Source: Pristiophorus japonicus (lineage: Eukaryota). Taken from it: DNA of 64,000 nt. Below are positions 26,430-38,455 of the stretch, piece by piece. The position numbers were made by a program, and so were the translations under genes. The stretch spans positions 5,022,001-5,086,000 of the forward strand of contig NC_092006.1 of assembly GCF_044704955.1 (NCBI RefSeq), in the 5' to 3' direction. Below the pieces are notes generated by a model. It saw only the letters and a list, made by a program, of their open reading frames with translations, was not told the DNA's origin and made no database searches. Every line of letters starts with the position of its first letter. The first letter of the stretch is position 1.

Positions 26430-27430
26430 ATATTCAGAGGAAAGGTTGGATAGGCTGGCGTTGTTGTCTTTGGAACAGAGGAGGCTGAGGGGAGAGCTAA
26501 TTGAGGTGTGTAAAATGCTGAGGGGCCAGGATAGAGTGGATAGGATGGACCTGTTTCCCTTGGCAGAGGGGTCAACAACCAGGGGGCATAGACTGAACGT
26601 AATTGGGGGGAGGTTTAGAGGGGAGTTCAGGAGAACTTTGTTCACCCAGAGGGTGGTGGGGGTCTGGGGCGGAGCTCGCTGCCTGAAAGGGCGGTAGAGG
26701 CAGAAACCCTCACCACATTTGGATGTGCACCTGAAGTGCCGTAACCTACAGGGCTACGGACCAAGAGCGGGAAAGTGGGATTAGGCTGGGTGGCTCTTGG
26801 TCGGCCGGCCCGGACACGATGGGCCGTAATGGCCTCCTTCCGGGCTGTAAGTTTCTAGCGTTTCTATGGTTTCAGAGGAAACTTTCCACCATGCTTCATA
26901 TCCATGAGCTGTTCACTTTCCTTTCCCGTCGGACTGTTGGATCCGCCTTAAATGCCAGTTGGGCGTAAAGAGTCTATGAGAGAAAACAGAAACCATTATC
27001 GCGGCTCACATCATCACCATCGGAACGGAGTGACAGGAGGAGGCCATTCAGCCCCTCGAGCATGTTCCCCCACTCAATAAGATAAGAACATAAGAAATAG
27101 GAGCAGGAGTCGGCCATTCGGCCCCTCGAGCCTGCTCCGCCATTTAATGAGATCATGGCCGATCTGATCATGGACTCAGCTCCACTCCCCTGCCCGCTCC
27201 CCATAACCTCTTATCGCCTTATCGTTCAAGAAACTGTCTATCTCTGTCTTAAATTTATTCAATGTCCCAGCTTCCACAGCTCTCTGAGGCAGCGAATTCC
27301 ACAGATTTACAACCCTCTGAGAGAAGAAATTTCTCCTCATCTCAGTTTTAAATGGGCGGCCCCTTATTCTAAGATCGTGCCCCCTAGTTCTAGTCTCCCC
27401 CATCAGTGGAAACATCCTCTCTGCATCCAC
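26430..27430. mobile_element. CR1 fragments flanking the gene B last exon (26430-26870 +; 27082-27430 -)
   Basis: CR1 peptides in the ORF track. Confidence 0.8.
26896..26973 (-). CDS. Gene B last exon ([25 protein letters not shown])
   Basis: ttttctctcatag| acceptor; homologous acceptor and TLYAQLAF also at 38707. Confidence 0.75.
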   Translation of the reverse strand, partial: TLYAQLAFKADPTVRRERKVNSSWI

Positions 27431-30400
27431 AGCTGATCCTGTATCTTAACTCACTCTACCCACCTTGGTTCCCTAACCCTTAATCCCCTTACCCAACAAG
27501 AGTCGATCCACCTCTGTCTTGACATTTCCAACTGACCCCCGACCTCGACAGCTTTTTGGGGGAGAGAGTTCCAGATTTCCGCTCCCCTTTGTGTGAAGAA
27601 GTGTTTCCTGTCATCACCCCTGAACGGTCTGGCTCGAATTTTAAGGTGACGTCCCCTTGGTCTGGACTCACCCTGCCAAAGGAACTCATTTCTCTCTCTA
27701 TCCACCCTATCGAACACTTTAATCATCATAAACAACTCGATTAGATCGCCCTTTAATCTTCTATACTCCAGGGAATAAAAGCTTAGTCTGTGCGACCTGT
27801 CTTAATAATTTAACGCTTTTAGCCCCTGTATTATTAGTTAGGCCACAGCTGGAGTACTGCGTGCAGCTCTGGTCACCACATTACAGGAAAGATGTGATTG
27901 CACTGGAGAGGGTGCAGAGGAGATTTACCAGGATGTTGCACTGGAGAGGGTGCAGAGGAGATTTACCAGGATGTTGCACGAGAGAGGGTGCAGAGGAGAT
28001 TTACCAGGATGTTGCACTAGAGAGCGTGCAGAGGAGATTTACCAGGATGTTGCACTGGAGAGGGTGCAGAGGAGATTTACCAGGATGTTGCACTGGAGAG
28101 GGTGCAGAGGAGATTTACCAGGATGTTGCACTGGAGAGGGTGCAGAGGAGATTTACCAGGATGTTACACTAGAGAGGGTGCAGAGGAGATTTACCAGGAT
28201 GTTGCACTGGAGAGGGTACAGAGGAGATTTACTTGGATGTTACACTAGAGAGGGTGCAGAGGAGATTTAGCAGGACGTTGCACTGGAGAGGGTACAGAGG
28301 AGATTTACTTGGATGTTACACTAGAGAGGGTGCAGAGGAGATTTAGCAGGACGTTGCACTGGAGAGGGTACAGAGGAGATTTACCAGGATGTTGCATGGA
28401 CTGGAGAATTTTAGCGACGAGGAAAGATTGGATAGGCTGGGGGTTGTTTTCTCTGCAACAGAGGAGGCTGAGGGGGGACCTGATTGAGGTGTATAAAATG
28501 ATGAGGGGCCTGGATAGAGTGGATAGGAAGGACCTGTTTCCCTTGGCAGAGGGGGTCAACAACCAGTAGGCATAGATTGAAAGTAATTGGGGGGAGGTTT
28601 AGAGGGGGTTTGAGGGGAAATGTCTTCACCCAGAGGGTGGTGGGGGTCTGGGGCGGAACTCACTGCCTGAAAGGGTGGTAGAGGCAGAAACCCTCACCAC
28701 ATTTAACAAGTACCTGGATGTACACTTGAAGTGCTGTAACCTACAGGGCTACGGACCGAGAGCGGGAAAGTGGGATTAGGCTGGGTGGCTCTTGGTCGGC
28801 CGGCGCAGACACGATGGGCCGAATGGCCTCCTTCCGCGCTGTAAACTTCTGTGATTCTATGATTATTCTGTCAACTTGTAATTATATATAATCGCCAACT
28901 TAAAACATAGACCGATATTTTGTAATCTGTTTTTGCAGTTCTATCAAAATAAACTGCTTTCCTGCGGAGTTCATTATGCAAAGTTTTATAGAATCGTTAA
29001 CTATGAATCTTAACCGTTGGATTAAGGATGAGTGCAGGTAACTGCAAGGTGTCAAGCAAAGACAATTATTTTCACTCTCACCTCCTTATCTCTTGCACCT
29101 GGTCTGGAATCCGTGAATTTCTCATCGCTGGCCGTGTTACCTGAAATAAAGGGAATGCAATCTAAGTCTAAATGCACACACATTTCATGCTGACATGCAC
29201 CGAGCCAAACGTTGTTTCCTTCAGGTAATTATCCAACTCCCTTTTGAAAGCCACGTTTGAGTCTGCCTCTACCACCCTCTCAGGCAGTATGTTCCAGACC
29301 CTAACCACTCGCTGCTTAAAAATAGTTTTTCCTCATTTCGCCTTTGCTTCTTCTGCCTTAAATCTGTGTCCTCTGCTTCTCCACCCTTCTCCCAACGAGA
29401 ACAGTTCCTCTCTGTCTGGACCCCTCACGATTTGGCCATCCTGACTTGGGCATAGGTCATTGGGTCACAATCCCGGCACTCCATCCCTAACAGCACTGTT
29501 AGGAGCACCTTCACCACAGCGGACTGTCGAACTCGTTTGGCAGAACGTCTCATCGCAAGAGCTTTCACACAAGCACCAAGACGTAGCTTGGTTGGCGGTG
29601 AGGAGGGCCTTACCCGTCAGAGCCTTCATGCACAGCCGGCGTCTCAGCAGCACGGCACGGTGCCCCCGAGTCGGCTGCAGGGCGGACAAGACTGTCACCC
29701 ATCTCCTTCAGGATTGCCCCTTCGCAAGGCAGGTTTGGAAAGAGATGCAGTGGTTGCTGTCGAGGTTCATCCCGAGCAGCTCCGTAACACAGGACTCTGT
29801 GCTCTACGGGCTGTTCCCAGGGACACACACCCAGACTAACATCACCTGCTGCTGGAGGGCCATCAACTCGGTCAAAGACGCTCTTTGGTCTTGCCGAGAC
29901 TTGCTGGTCTTCCAGAGCAAGGAGATGTCCACGTCTGCGTGTTGCAGACTGGCGCAATCCACGATCCAGGATTACGTGCTGAGGGACACACTTAAAATTG
30001 GTGCTGTCGTCGCAAAGGCACGGTGGGGAAGGGCCACAGTTTAAAGCCCTTCTGTCACGGTAAACCCAGGGGCAGGAATCAGTACAAAACTCCCCTCGGG
30101 CCGTACTTGTAACTTCTTTTTTGTGTACATGGAGCACCATGATCTGTAAACACCTATGTAGTGCCATGTACAATGTAAGGTCTGTTTCGTAATGCACGTT
30201 GAAAAGAAAAATGTAAATGTACCGTCACCCATTCCGTGTACTGTATAGTGACACATGTAATGTAATTTGTCGAATGTACTACAAGGTATCCTGTATTGTA
30301 CCGAATTGTACTTGAACTGAAAAGCAAAGAAATGTATCGAACGGAACTGCCGTCAGCACCCAAATGTAGTGTATGGGATTGCTGACCGCAGCTAAATGTA

Positions 30401-33400
30401 CTGAACTGCTTTTGAATGTACTGTACAAATTTTTATACGAATAAAGTATATTTTGAAATTTAAAAAAATAACACAGTAACTGGATAGATTGGCCGCGCCT
30501 CCCGACCGCCGCTACCTGACTGCCGGGTCCTGCAGCTCCAGCTCGCCGTCACCGTCACCATCAGGAGGAGGAGAAGCGCCACCGAGCAAGTCACCAAAAC
30601 CCATAAACTACAGTCGCTGTGCAGCGGGAGCCCTGTACACAAGGGGGAAAAACAGCCACTTAGTTAAAAAAAATCCCGTAACCCAAGCCCTCTGCTTCTC
30701 GCAGGAGGTTCAGGGAGACCCAATACCATCTTCCAGGGTCCACGAGGGTTAGATACTCAATACCAAGTCTTCCCAACATCAATAGATAGAGATAGACAGA
30801 CAGACGTATCGACAGATAGATAGACAGACAGACAGATGTATAGACAGATAGACAGACGTATCGACAGATAGATAGACAGACAGACAGATGTATAGACAGA
30901 CAGACAGACAGATAGATGTATAGATAGATAGATAGACAGATGTATAGATAAATAGATAGATAGGTGTATAGACAGATGTATAGATAGATAGATAGATAGA
31001 TAGATAGACAGATGTATAGATAAATAGATAGNNNNNNNNNNNNNNNNNNNNNNNNNNNNNNNNNNNNNNNNNNNNNNNNNNNNNNNNNNNNNNNNNNNNN
31101 NNNNNNNNNNNNNNNNNNNNNNNNNNNNNNNNNNNNNNNNNNNNNNNNNNNNNNNNNNNNNNNNNNNNNNNNNNNNNNNNNNNNNNNNNNNNNNNNNNNN
31201 NNNNNNNNNNNNNNNNNNNNNNNNNNNNNNNNNTGGGTGTCATGGTACATCAGTCATTGAAAGTTGGCATGCAGCTACAGCAGGCGGTGAAGAAGGCAAA
31301 TGGCATGTTGGCCTTCATAGCGAGGGGAATTGAGTATAGGAACAGGGAGGTCTTACTGCAGTTGTACAGGGCCTTGGTGAGGCCTCACCTGGAATATTGT
31401 GTAGAGTTTTGGTCTCCTCATCTGAGGAAGGACATTCTTGCTATTGAGGGAATGCAGCAAAGGTTCACCAGACTGATTCCTGGGATGGCAGGACTGACAT
31501 ATGAAGAAAGACTGGATCGACTAGGCTTATATTCACTGGAATTTAGAAGAATGAGAGGGGATCTCATAGAAACATATAAAATTGTGACGGGACTGGACAG
31601 GTTAGAAGCAGGAAGAATGTTCCCAATGTTGGGGAAGTCCAGAACCAGGGGTCACAGTCTAAGGATAAGGGGTAGGCCACTTCGGACCGAGATGAGGAGA
31701 AACTTCTTCACTCAGAGAATTGTGAACCTGTGGAATTCTCTACCACAGAAAGTTGTTGAAGCCAGTTCGTTGGATATATTCAAGAGGGAGTTAGATGTGG
31801 ACCTTATGGCTAAAGGGATCAAGGGGTATGGAGAGAAAGCAGGAATGGGGTACTGAAGTTGAATGATCAGCCATGATCATACTGAATGGTGGTGCAGGCT
31901 CGAAGGGCCGAATGGCCTGCTCCTGCACCTACTTTCTATGTTTCTATATTTGGACGGACGGATAGATGGTAAACAGACAGATAGGTTACAGATAATACAA
32001 CACTTGGTAAAGCAGTGGATCAGGATGAGGATAATTATAGGCTGCAGGAGAGCACAGACGGGTTGGTGAAATGGCCGTCAGCACGGCCGGTGGGGTTCAA
32101 AGCGGGGAAGTGTTAAGTGTTTCAGTTTGGGAGGAGTAACAGGGACAGACAATGTACTGTGAATGGCATCGAGCGAGGACGTGATCCACCGGAAATGGCA
32201 GTATATTATTCTCCAATTTGACCCATGGATCGCCCAGGAATATACCTGCTCTCCCAGCAGGTAGATATGACCTAGCAGGACAGAAGGACCTTATAATTGA
32301 GAAAGCTAAACATTGAGAGATCTGGGAGAGGTAAATCATTGAGATACTTACACACGAATTTGCAGAAAGGAAGAGAATTTGAATGTATAACGTGACAGGG
32401 CTAACAATGATCTCTTACATCACCATTGAAGATATTAGTGAAGGAGAATAGTTACCGCTCAGCGATGAGATGCTTTCACTGATGAAATTGCCGGTGGAAT
32501 TGACCGGAATGGCGCAAGTGCAGACAGCGCCACTCCGCCATGTTTCCGCCGAGACGCTGAGGTGACTCCCGACCGTGAGCGTCCCGTCCGGCTCGGTGGT
32601 CCCGGAGTCGCTCCGTCCCTCGGCGAGCCGTCCTGAAACATTCCAGCGGACGGGAAGGGAATCGGGAGTCAGGCTTCTGACCAGACACAGCAGCGGGACC
32701 CTCGCCAGCGAGGGAATTTCGTCCTGCGGCGGAGTTAAGAGCTGTATTTCCGGAGACCCTGCCGAATTTGGGGAGGATTAATATTCGACGGAAATCGGCC
32801 GTTATTTACGACGAAATTCGTAAACGAATTCTTACCTGTAATGAGCAATTTCGAGCCGTTTCCGAATATAAGGTGCAATAGACTAGATTTCTTAGCTGCA
32901 CAGTAATACACCCCTGAATCGTTCCCCTGGACCTCGTTCACAATCAGAGAGTAAATATTGAATTTGTCGTCAATTTGTCTGGAAAATCTCCCTTCAGGAA
33001 TATTGTAGTCGCTCACGGTGTAAACTTTCTGCAGAGGTCCTCGGTTCTGCTGCTTATACCACTGCACAGCTCGAGTCAGCAACTGACCAGTGTGACAATC
33101 CGCCTTGAAGGTACTGCCAACCGAGAGAGTCTGGACCAACGGACTCTGGGCGAAATAGTCTTGGGAGGCAATAACTGAGAGAAGAACATGGTCACCACGG
33201 GGTCTGTTACAACAGGAATAAACACCGCTTCAGATCAAGAAACCCACAAAGCAGTGAACGGTGAGAGAGGCGCTCATGTTCAAGGAGCCTCATTTCTAAT
33301 TGAGTTCAATGCTGAGGGTTAACATTGAGCCAATAACAGGAGANNNNNNNNNNNNNNNNNNNNNNNNNNNNNNNNNNNNNNNNNNNNNNNNNNNNNNNNN

Positions 33401-34217
33401 NNNNNNNNNNNNNNNNNNNNNNNNNNNNNNNNNNNNNNNNNNNNNNNNNNNNNNNNNNNNNNNNNNNNNNNNNNNNNNNNNNNNNNNNNNNNNNNNNNNN
33501 NNNNNNNNNNNNNNNNNNNNNNNNNNNNNNNNNNNNNNNNNNNNNNNNNNNNNNNNNNNNNNNNNNNNNNNNNNNNNNNNNNNNNNNNNNNNNNNNNNNN
33601 NNNNNNNNNNNNNNNNNNNNNNNNNNNNNNNNNNNNNNNNNNNNNATAGAGAGAAAGAGAGAGAAACAGATAGAGAAAAAGAGAGAGAGAAAGAAAGATA
33701 AAGAGATAGAGAGAGGGAAAGAAAGAAAGAGTTGGATTTATATAGCGCCTTTCGCAACCACTGGACTCAAAGTGCTTTACAGCCAATGAAGTACTTTTTG
33801 AAGTGTAGTCACTGTTGTAATGTGGGAAACACGGCGCACAGCAAGCTCCCACAAATAGCAATGTGATAATGACCCAGATCAGCTGTTTTCGAGATGCTGA
33901 TTGAGGGATAAATATTGGCCCCAGGACACAGGGGAGAACTCCCCTGCTCTTCTTCGAAATAGTGGCCGTGGGATCTTTTACGTCCGCCTGAGAGACCAGA
34001 CGGGGCCTCGGTTTAACGTCTCAGGCAATAGATGCAGAATATTGACATTAGGTCTATTTCCCACCAGCCTGAGATATTGCACGATGCTAATATCAGTGAA
34101 CGCAGCGCGTAATCTCCGACTCGGCTGATCTTACGCCGCAGTTCCGCCATGGATTACCAGCAAATTCGACTGACCTGGAAAGAGAAGGGCGAGCACGCAG
34201 GGAGCTAAGCGATGCAT
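26896..34217 (-). CDS. Gene B: non-rearranging VJ-C1-TM receptor with ITSM/ITIM-like tail, 6 coding exons (34217-34175, 33174-32836, 32758-32456, 30632-30516, 29140-29082, 26973-26896), 312 aa
   Basis: GT..AG introns, phases 1,1,1,1,0, 939 nt open. Signal peptide [18 protein letters not shown]; V ends [24 protein letters not shown] (FGxG); C1 LLCLVR..W..GAVCTC; [25 protein letters not shown]; tail ..RDKE|[25 protein letters not shown]. Two assembly gaps lie in introns. Confidence 0.85.
27835..28860 (+). mobile_element. CR1 fragment with about 13 x 38-bp internal tandem duplication (27898-28395)
   Basis: (GCACTGGAGAGGGTGCAGAGGAGATTTACCAGGATGTT)n, corresponding to the [13 protein letters not shown] codons of ORF2. 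Confidence 0.9.
29082..29140 (-). CDS. Gene B cytoplasmic exon 1 ([20 protein letters not shown])
   Basis: ctttatttcag| acceptor and GAG|gtgaga donor; 59 nt, bridging phase 1 to phase 0 exactly. Confidence 0.7.
29525..30468 (+). mobile_element. Tx1/L1-clade LINE 3' fragment in gene B intron
   Basis: ORF 29460-30044 with CPRVGC..THLLQDC zinc-finger-like motif, AATAAA and A-rich end. Confidence 0.8.
30516..30632 (-). CDS. Gene B stalk and TM exon (117 nt)
   Basis: gtgtacag|GG, TCAG|gtagcg; [39 protein letters not shown]. Confidence 0.82.
30781..31031 (+). repeat. (GATA/GACA)n microsatellite abutting a gap
   Basis: Direct. Confidence 0.9.
31032..31233. other. Assembly gap (202 N)
   Basis: Run of N. 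Confidence 1.
31234..31945 (+). mobile_element. CR1-clade LINE fragment
   Basis: ORF 31242-31856. Confidence 0.92.
32456..32758 (-). CDS. Gene B C1-set exon (303 nt; not captured as an ORF in the track)
   Basis: ggcag|GG acceptor, AGCG|gtaact donor; [101 protein letters not shown]. Confidence 0.9.
32836..33174 (-). CDS. Gene B germline-joined VJ exon (339 nt)
   Basis: ttctctcag|TT acceptor, ACAG|gtaaga donor; [32 protein letters not shown]. Confidence 0.92.
33344..33645. other. Assembly gap (302 N) in gene B intron 1
   Basis: Run of N. Confidence 1.
33720..34022 (-). mobile_element. Deu-domain SINE fragment
   Basis: Core and tail match the other copies. Confidence 0.75.
34175..34217 (-). 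CDS. Gene B leader exon ([14 protein letters not shown])
   Basis: 43 nt with phase-1 donor CCAG|gtcagt; same length as the leaders of genes C and D. Confidence 0.75.
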
Positions 34218-34279
34218 TGTCTGCGACCTGAGGCGTTTGCTGTCCAGCTTCACACTGACGCTTTGCCGGGAGGTCTTTG

Positions 34280-34390
34280 CGCCCGCAAGCGACGTGAAAT
34301 GCACACAGCTTGCAGAACGTGCGTTTAAAAATAGCGGTCTGGAAAATCCAGCCCGGTGCGAAAGCTGGCTGCGGGTTTCCTGTTGACACA
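34280..34390 (-). promoter_or_regulatory. Gene B proximal promoter with ETS-core block shared with genes C and D
   Basis: gaaagct..g.gggtttcctgtt at 34360-34384 recurs at 48968-48992 and inverted at about 55607-55631; gtgaaatgc also shared. Confidence 0.4.
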
Positions 34391-34784
34391 CGAGGCGCCC
34401 ACGCACAGATGTGCCTGCAAAGGGCAATGTGTTACAGCTGGTCTGAAGGGTGCTGTGCAGTCGAGACCCATTAAACCGTGAACTAACGCCAGGCGGTGCA
34501 GAATTCCACACACCGTGTACCGCTTGTGCAATTCGAGTGGCCGCGGGGGAATTATCCCGTTTCCGAGTGTTGCGATCGATTGGTCCAGAATGCATTCATT
34601 GATACACCCTTACTCGTACCAACAAAAAATGGATCACATTCTGCCCAGAGAATGCCCTTCAAATTCTTACACTGGTAAAAAAGCAGGCACAAGGCCTCTT
34701 TTTTTACCAGCGTAAGAGTTTAAAGCAACAGGAAAATAAAATATTATCACCTATTAGCTGTAGGCTGCAGGACAATAGAACTGA

Positions 34785-35247
34785 CCACACTCGATCAGCT
34801 CCACTGGGCAGGCCACATAGTTCGCATGCCAGACACGAGACTCCCAAAGCAAATGCTCTATGCGGAGCTCCGTCATGGTAATCGAGCCAAAGGTGGGCAG
34901 AGGAAACGTTACAAGGACCACCCTCAAAGCCTCCCTGGTAAAGTGCGACATCACCACCGACACCTGGGAGACCCTGGCCGCAGACCGCCCGAGGTAGAGA
35001 ACGTCCATCCGGGAGGGCGTTGAGCCCTTCGAGTCTCGACGCAAAGAGCGTGAAGAGGTCAGGCACAGGCAGCGGAAGGAGCACGCGGCAAACCAGCCCC
35101 ACCCACCCCTTCCCCCGCCGAATGTCTGTCCCACCTGTGACAGGGTCTGTGACTCTCGTATCGGACCGTTCAGCCACCAGAGAACTCACTTTGGGAGTGG
35201 AGGCAAGTCTTCCCCGATTCCGAGGGACTGCCTGTGATGATGATGAT
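34785..35247 (+). mobile_element. RTE-clade LINE 3' fragment (related pieces at about 40490-40945 and 52090-52390)
   Basis: MPDTRLPKQMLYAELRHGNRAKGGQRKRYKD peptide; GACTGCCT..(GAT)n tail. Confidence 0.75.
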
Positions 35248-35249
35248 AC

Positions 35250-36097
35250 GATCAATGAACTGGTCAGGTGGGCAGAACAGCGGCAAATGGAATTCAATCC
35301 AGAGAAGTGTGAGGTAATGCATTTGGGGAGGGCTAACAAGGCAAGGGAATACATTGAATGGTCAGACACTGAGAAGTGTAGAGGAACAGAGGGACCTTGG
35401 AGTGCAGGTCCACAGATCCCTGAAGGTAGCAGGCCAGGTGGATAAGGTGGTTAAGAAGGCATACGGAATACCTGCCTTTATTAGCCGAGGCATGGAATAC
35501 AAGAGCAGGGAGGATATGCTTGAACTGTATAAAACACTGGTTAGGCCACAGCTGGAGTACTGCGTGCAGTTCTGGTCAGGAAAGATGTGATTGCACTGGA
35601 GAGGGCGCATAGGAGATTTACCAGGATGTTGCCGGGACTGGAGAACTTTAGCGATGAGGAAAGATTGGATAGGCTGGGGTTGTTTTCTTTGGAACAGAGG
35701 AGGCTGAGGGGAGAGGTTATTGAGGTGTCTAAAATTACGAGGGGCCTGGATAGAGTGGATAGGACGGACCTGTTTCCCTTGGCAGAGGGGTCAACAACCA
35801 GGGGGCACAGATTTAAAGTAATTGAGGGGAGGTTTAGAGGAGATTTGAGGGGAAATTTCTTCACCCAGAGGGCGGTGGGGGTCTGGGGCGGAACTCACTG
35901 CCTGAAAGGGTGGTAGAGGCAGAAACCCTCACCACATTTAACAAGTACCTGGATGTGCACTTGAGGTGCCGTAACCTACAGGGCTATGGACCGAGAGCGG
36001 GAAAGTGGGATTAGGCCGGGTGGCTCTTGGTCGGCCGGCGCGGACACGATGGGCTGAAACGGCCTCCTTCCTTGCCGTAAATGTCTATGATTCTACG
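35250..36097 (+). mobile_element. CR1-clade LINE fragment
   Basis: [40 protein letters not shown]. Confidence 0.9.
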
Positions 36098-36678
36098 ATT
36101 CGTACTTGTGCCAACAAAAATAGCCCACATTCTGCCCGGCGTATGCCCATGAAATTCTGACGCTGGCCAAAGCAGGAGCAAGTGGGTAGCACTCTCGTCT
36201 CAGAGTCAGAAGGTTGTGGGTTCAAGTCCCACTTCAGAGATTGAGCATACAACCCAGAGATGGAATACTTCTCAACCTGGAGTCCAGCTTGGTGCTGTCT
36301 ATAATCCACATTTTTCCATTTCCTGGATTATCCAGCTAACCAATTACTCACATGAACGTTCCTTTCTACGTAAGTAAGAATAACATGCAGCACAGCTCAA
36401 TGCAAAATCCAACGTGCATGTTTTGGTAAACTGATAAAACCTTATATCTGAATAACATTTTAAAAATGGCAAGTTATGACAGTAAACAGCAATAAGAGTG
36501 TATACCCGGCTATAATCCACAAACCCCCGCATTCAAAGTACATAATGAAGTGAAAACAATATGTATTTTCTCACTCTGACATTGCAATGACTCAGTAACG
36601 ATTTCCCAGTCAATTGGTCTTGCAACAGAGCACTGACTCAATTTAATGGAGCTGAACTTCGATCTGAATCGGGTCGCC

Positions 36679-36697
36679 TAGCGCCCCCTGGAGGCAA
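36679..36697 (-). promoter_or_regulatory. CTCF-binding motif (candidate insulator between gene C 3' end and gene B promoter)
   Basis: Minus strand TTGCCTCCAGGGGGCGCTA versus canonical TGGCCACCAGGGGGCGCTA, in non-repeat DNA. Confidence 0.6.
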
Positions 36698-37744
36698 CAT
36701 GTGATAAGGGCCTGTGTCTGTTAGCGTTTCTCTGTTTCCCCTCCCCCCCCCCCCACCTTAGCGGCTGCTTTGCCCGCTTCAGAGCTGAGGTCACGAAGCA
36801 GAGTGAGGACCGTATCCTTCCTGTGACGTCCCAGATATAAGATCATGACATCAGAACATAAGACACAGGAGCAGGAGTCGGCCATTTGGCCCCTTGAGCC
36901 TGCTCCGCCATTCAATACGATCACGGCTGATCTTCGACCTCAGTCCCACTTTCCTGCACTGTCTCCTTGATTCCCTTAATATTCCAATATCTGCCTTGAA
37001 TATACTCAACGACTGAGCCTCCACAGCCCTCTGGGGCAGAGAACTCCAAAGATTCGCCACCCTCTGAGTGAAGAAATTCCTCCTCATCTCAGTCCTGAAG
37101 TTTCTCCTGAATTGCCCCTTGGATTTCTTGGTGACCATCTGATATTGATGGCCTCTAGTTATGCGCTTCTGGCATAGGTGGATACACTCTGTTTGTGTCT
37201 ACTCGATCAAAACCTTTCATAATTTTAAAGACCTCGTCTGTGCTGTAAGGTGATTCTAATAGCAGGTAAATTCCGCCAGAATTTTGCTGAAGATATCACT
37301 GCACTGCATTATTGAAAAGCGCAATTTGAATTTAAAATAATCCACTTTTAATAGTAAATGTGACAGGGTTCATTCCCATGATACAACCAGAGAACGCCCT
37401 GGATCCACTTACACACCAGCTTTGCCAACAATGCCCCGGAGTCAGTGCCTGAGCTACCCTGTGGGTCCTTGGTTTCACTGACACACCACACACATTTGTT
37501 CTTTCAATCTGTGCTGTAAATCGGCCGCAGAGATATTCTGAGCGCATCTGGACCGAGCGATCAAAGAGCAGGATTCACATCCACAACGCTGGGGTTTCAA
37601 AACCAGTTTAATTTATCTGTAAACATTACATATGAATTATATCACGTGCTGTATAAAGATGTACTCAGCACGGAAACCACAAATACAAGAATTTGGCATT
37701 ACAATACTTGAAATTAGTTGAGTATATTCAAGACGGAGAGCGAT

Positions 37745-38450
37745 ATAGGAGCAGGAGTTGGCCATTCAGCCCCTCGAGCCTGCTCCGCCATTTAATACCA
37801 TCATGGCCGCTCTGATCATGGACTCAGCTCCCCTTCCCCGCCTGTTCCCCATAACCCTTTACTCTCTTATCGCTCAAAAATCTGTCTATCTCCACCTTAA
37901 ATATATTCAATGACCCAGCCTCCACAGCTCTCTGAGTCAGCGAATTCCACAGATTTACAACCCTCTGAGAGAAGAAATTCCTCCTCATCTCAGTTTTAAG
38001 TGGGCGGCCCCTTATGCCCCCCAGTTTTAGTTTCGCCTATGAGTGGAAACATCCTCTCTGCATCCACCTTGTCGAGCCCCCTCATTATCTTATATGTTTC
38101 CATTAGATCACCTCTCGTTCTTCTGAACTCCAATGAGTAGAGGCCCAACCTACTCAACCTATCCTCATAAGTCAACCCCCTCCGGAATCAGCCGAGTGAA
38201 CCTTCTCTGAACACCCTCCAATGCAAGTATATCCTTCCTTAAATACGGAGACCAAAACTGCACGCAGTACTCCAGGTGTGGCCTCACCAATACCCTGTAC
38301 ATTTGTAGCAGGACTTCTCTGCTTTTATACTCCATCCCCCTTGCAATAAGGCCAACATTCCATTCCAGTTGAGATCGAAGATCGGCCATGATCTTATTGA
38401 ATGGCGGAGCAGGCTCGAGGAGCCGAATGGCCTCCTCCTGCTCCTAATTC
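37745..38450 (-). mobile_element. CR1 fragment(s); block duplicated at about 42720-43445
   Basis: CR1 peptides; identical junction between two fragments in both copies. Confidence 0.8.
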
Positions 38451-38455
38451 GTATA

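Noticed and set aside
32411-32422. Conserved downstream GT donor after C1 (B gtaaga; C gtgagt near 43790) as an alternative splice site
   Set aside because: Wrong phase in B and preceded by an in-frame stop in C
30660-33861. ORFs containing X runs
   Set aside because: Artefacts of N gaps and microsatellites
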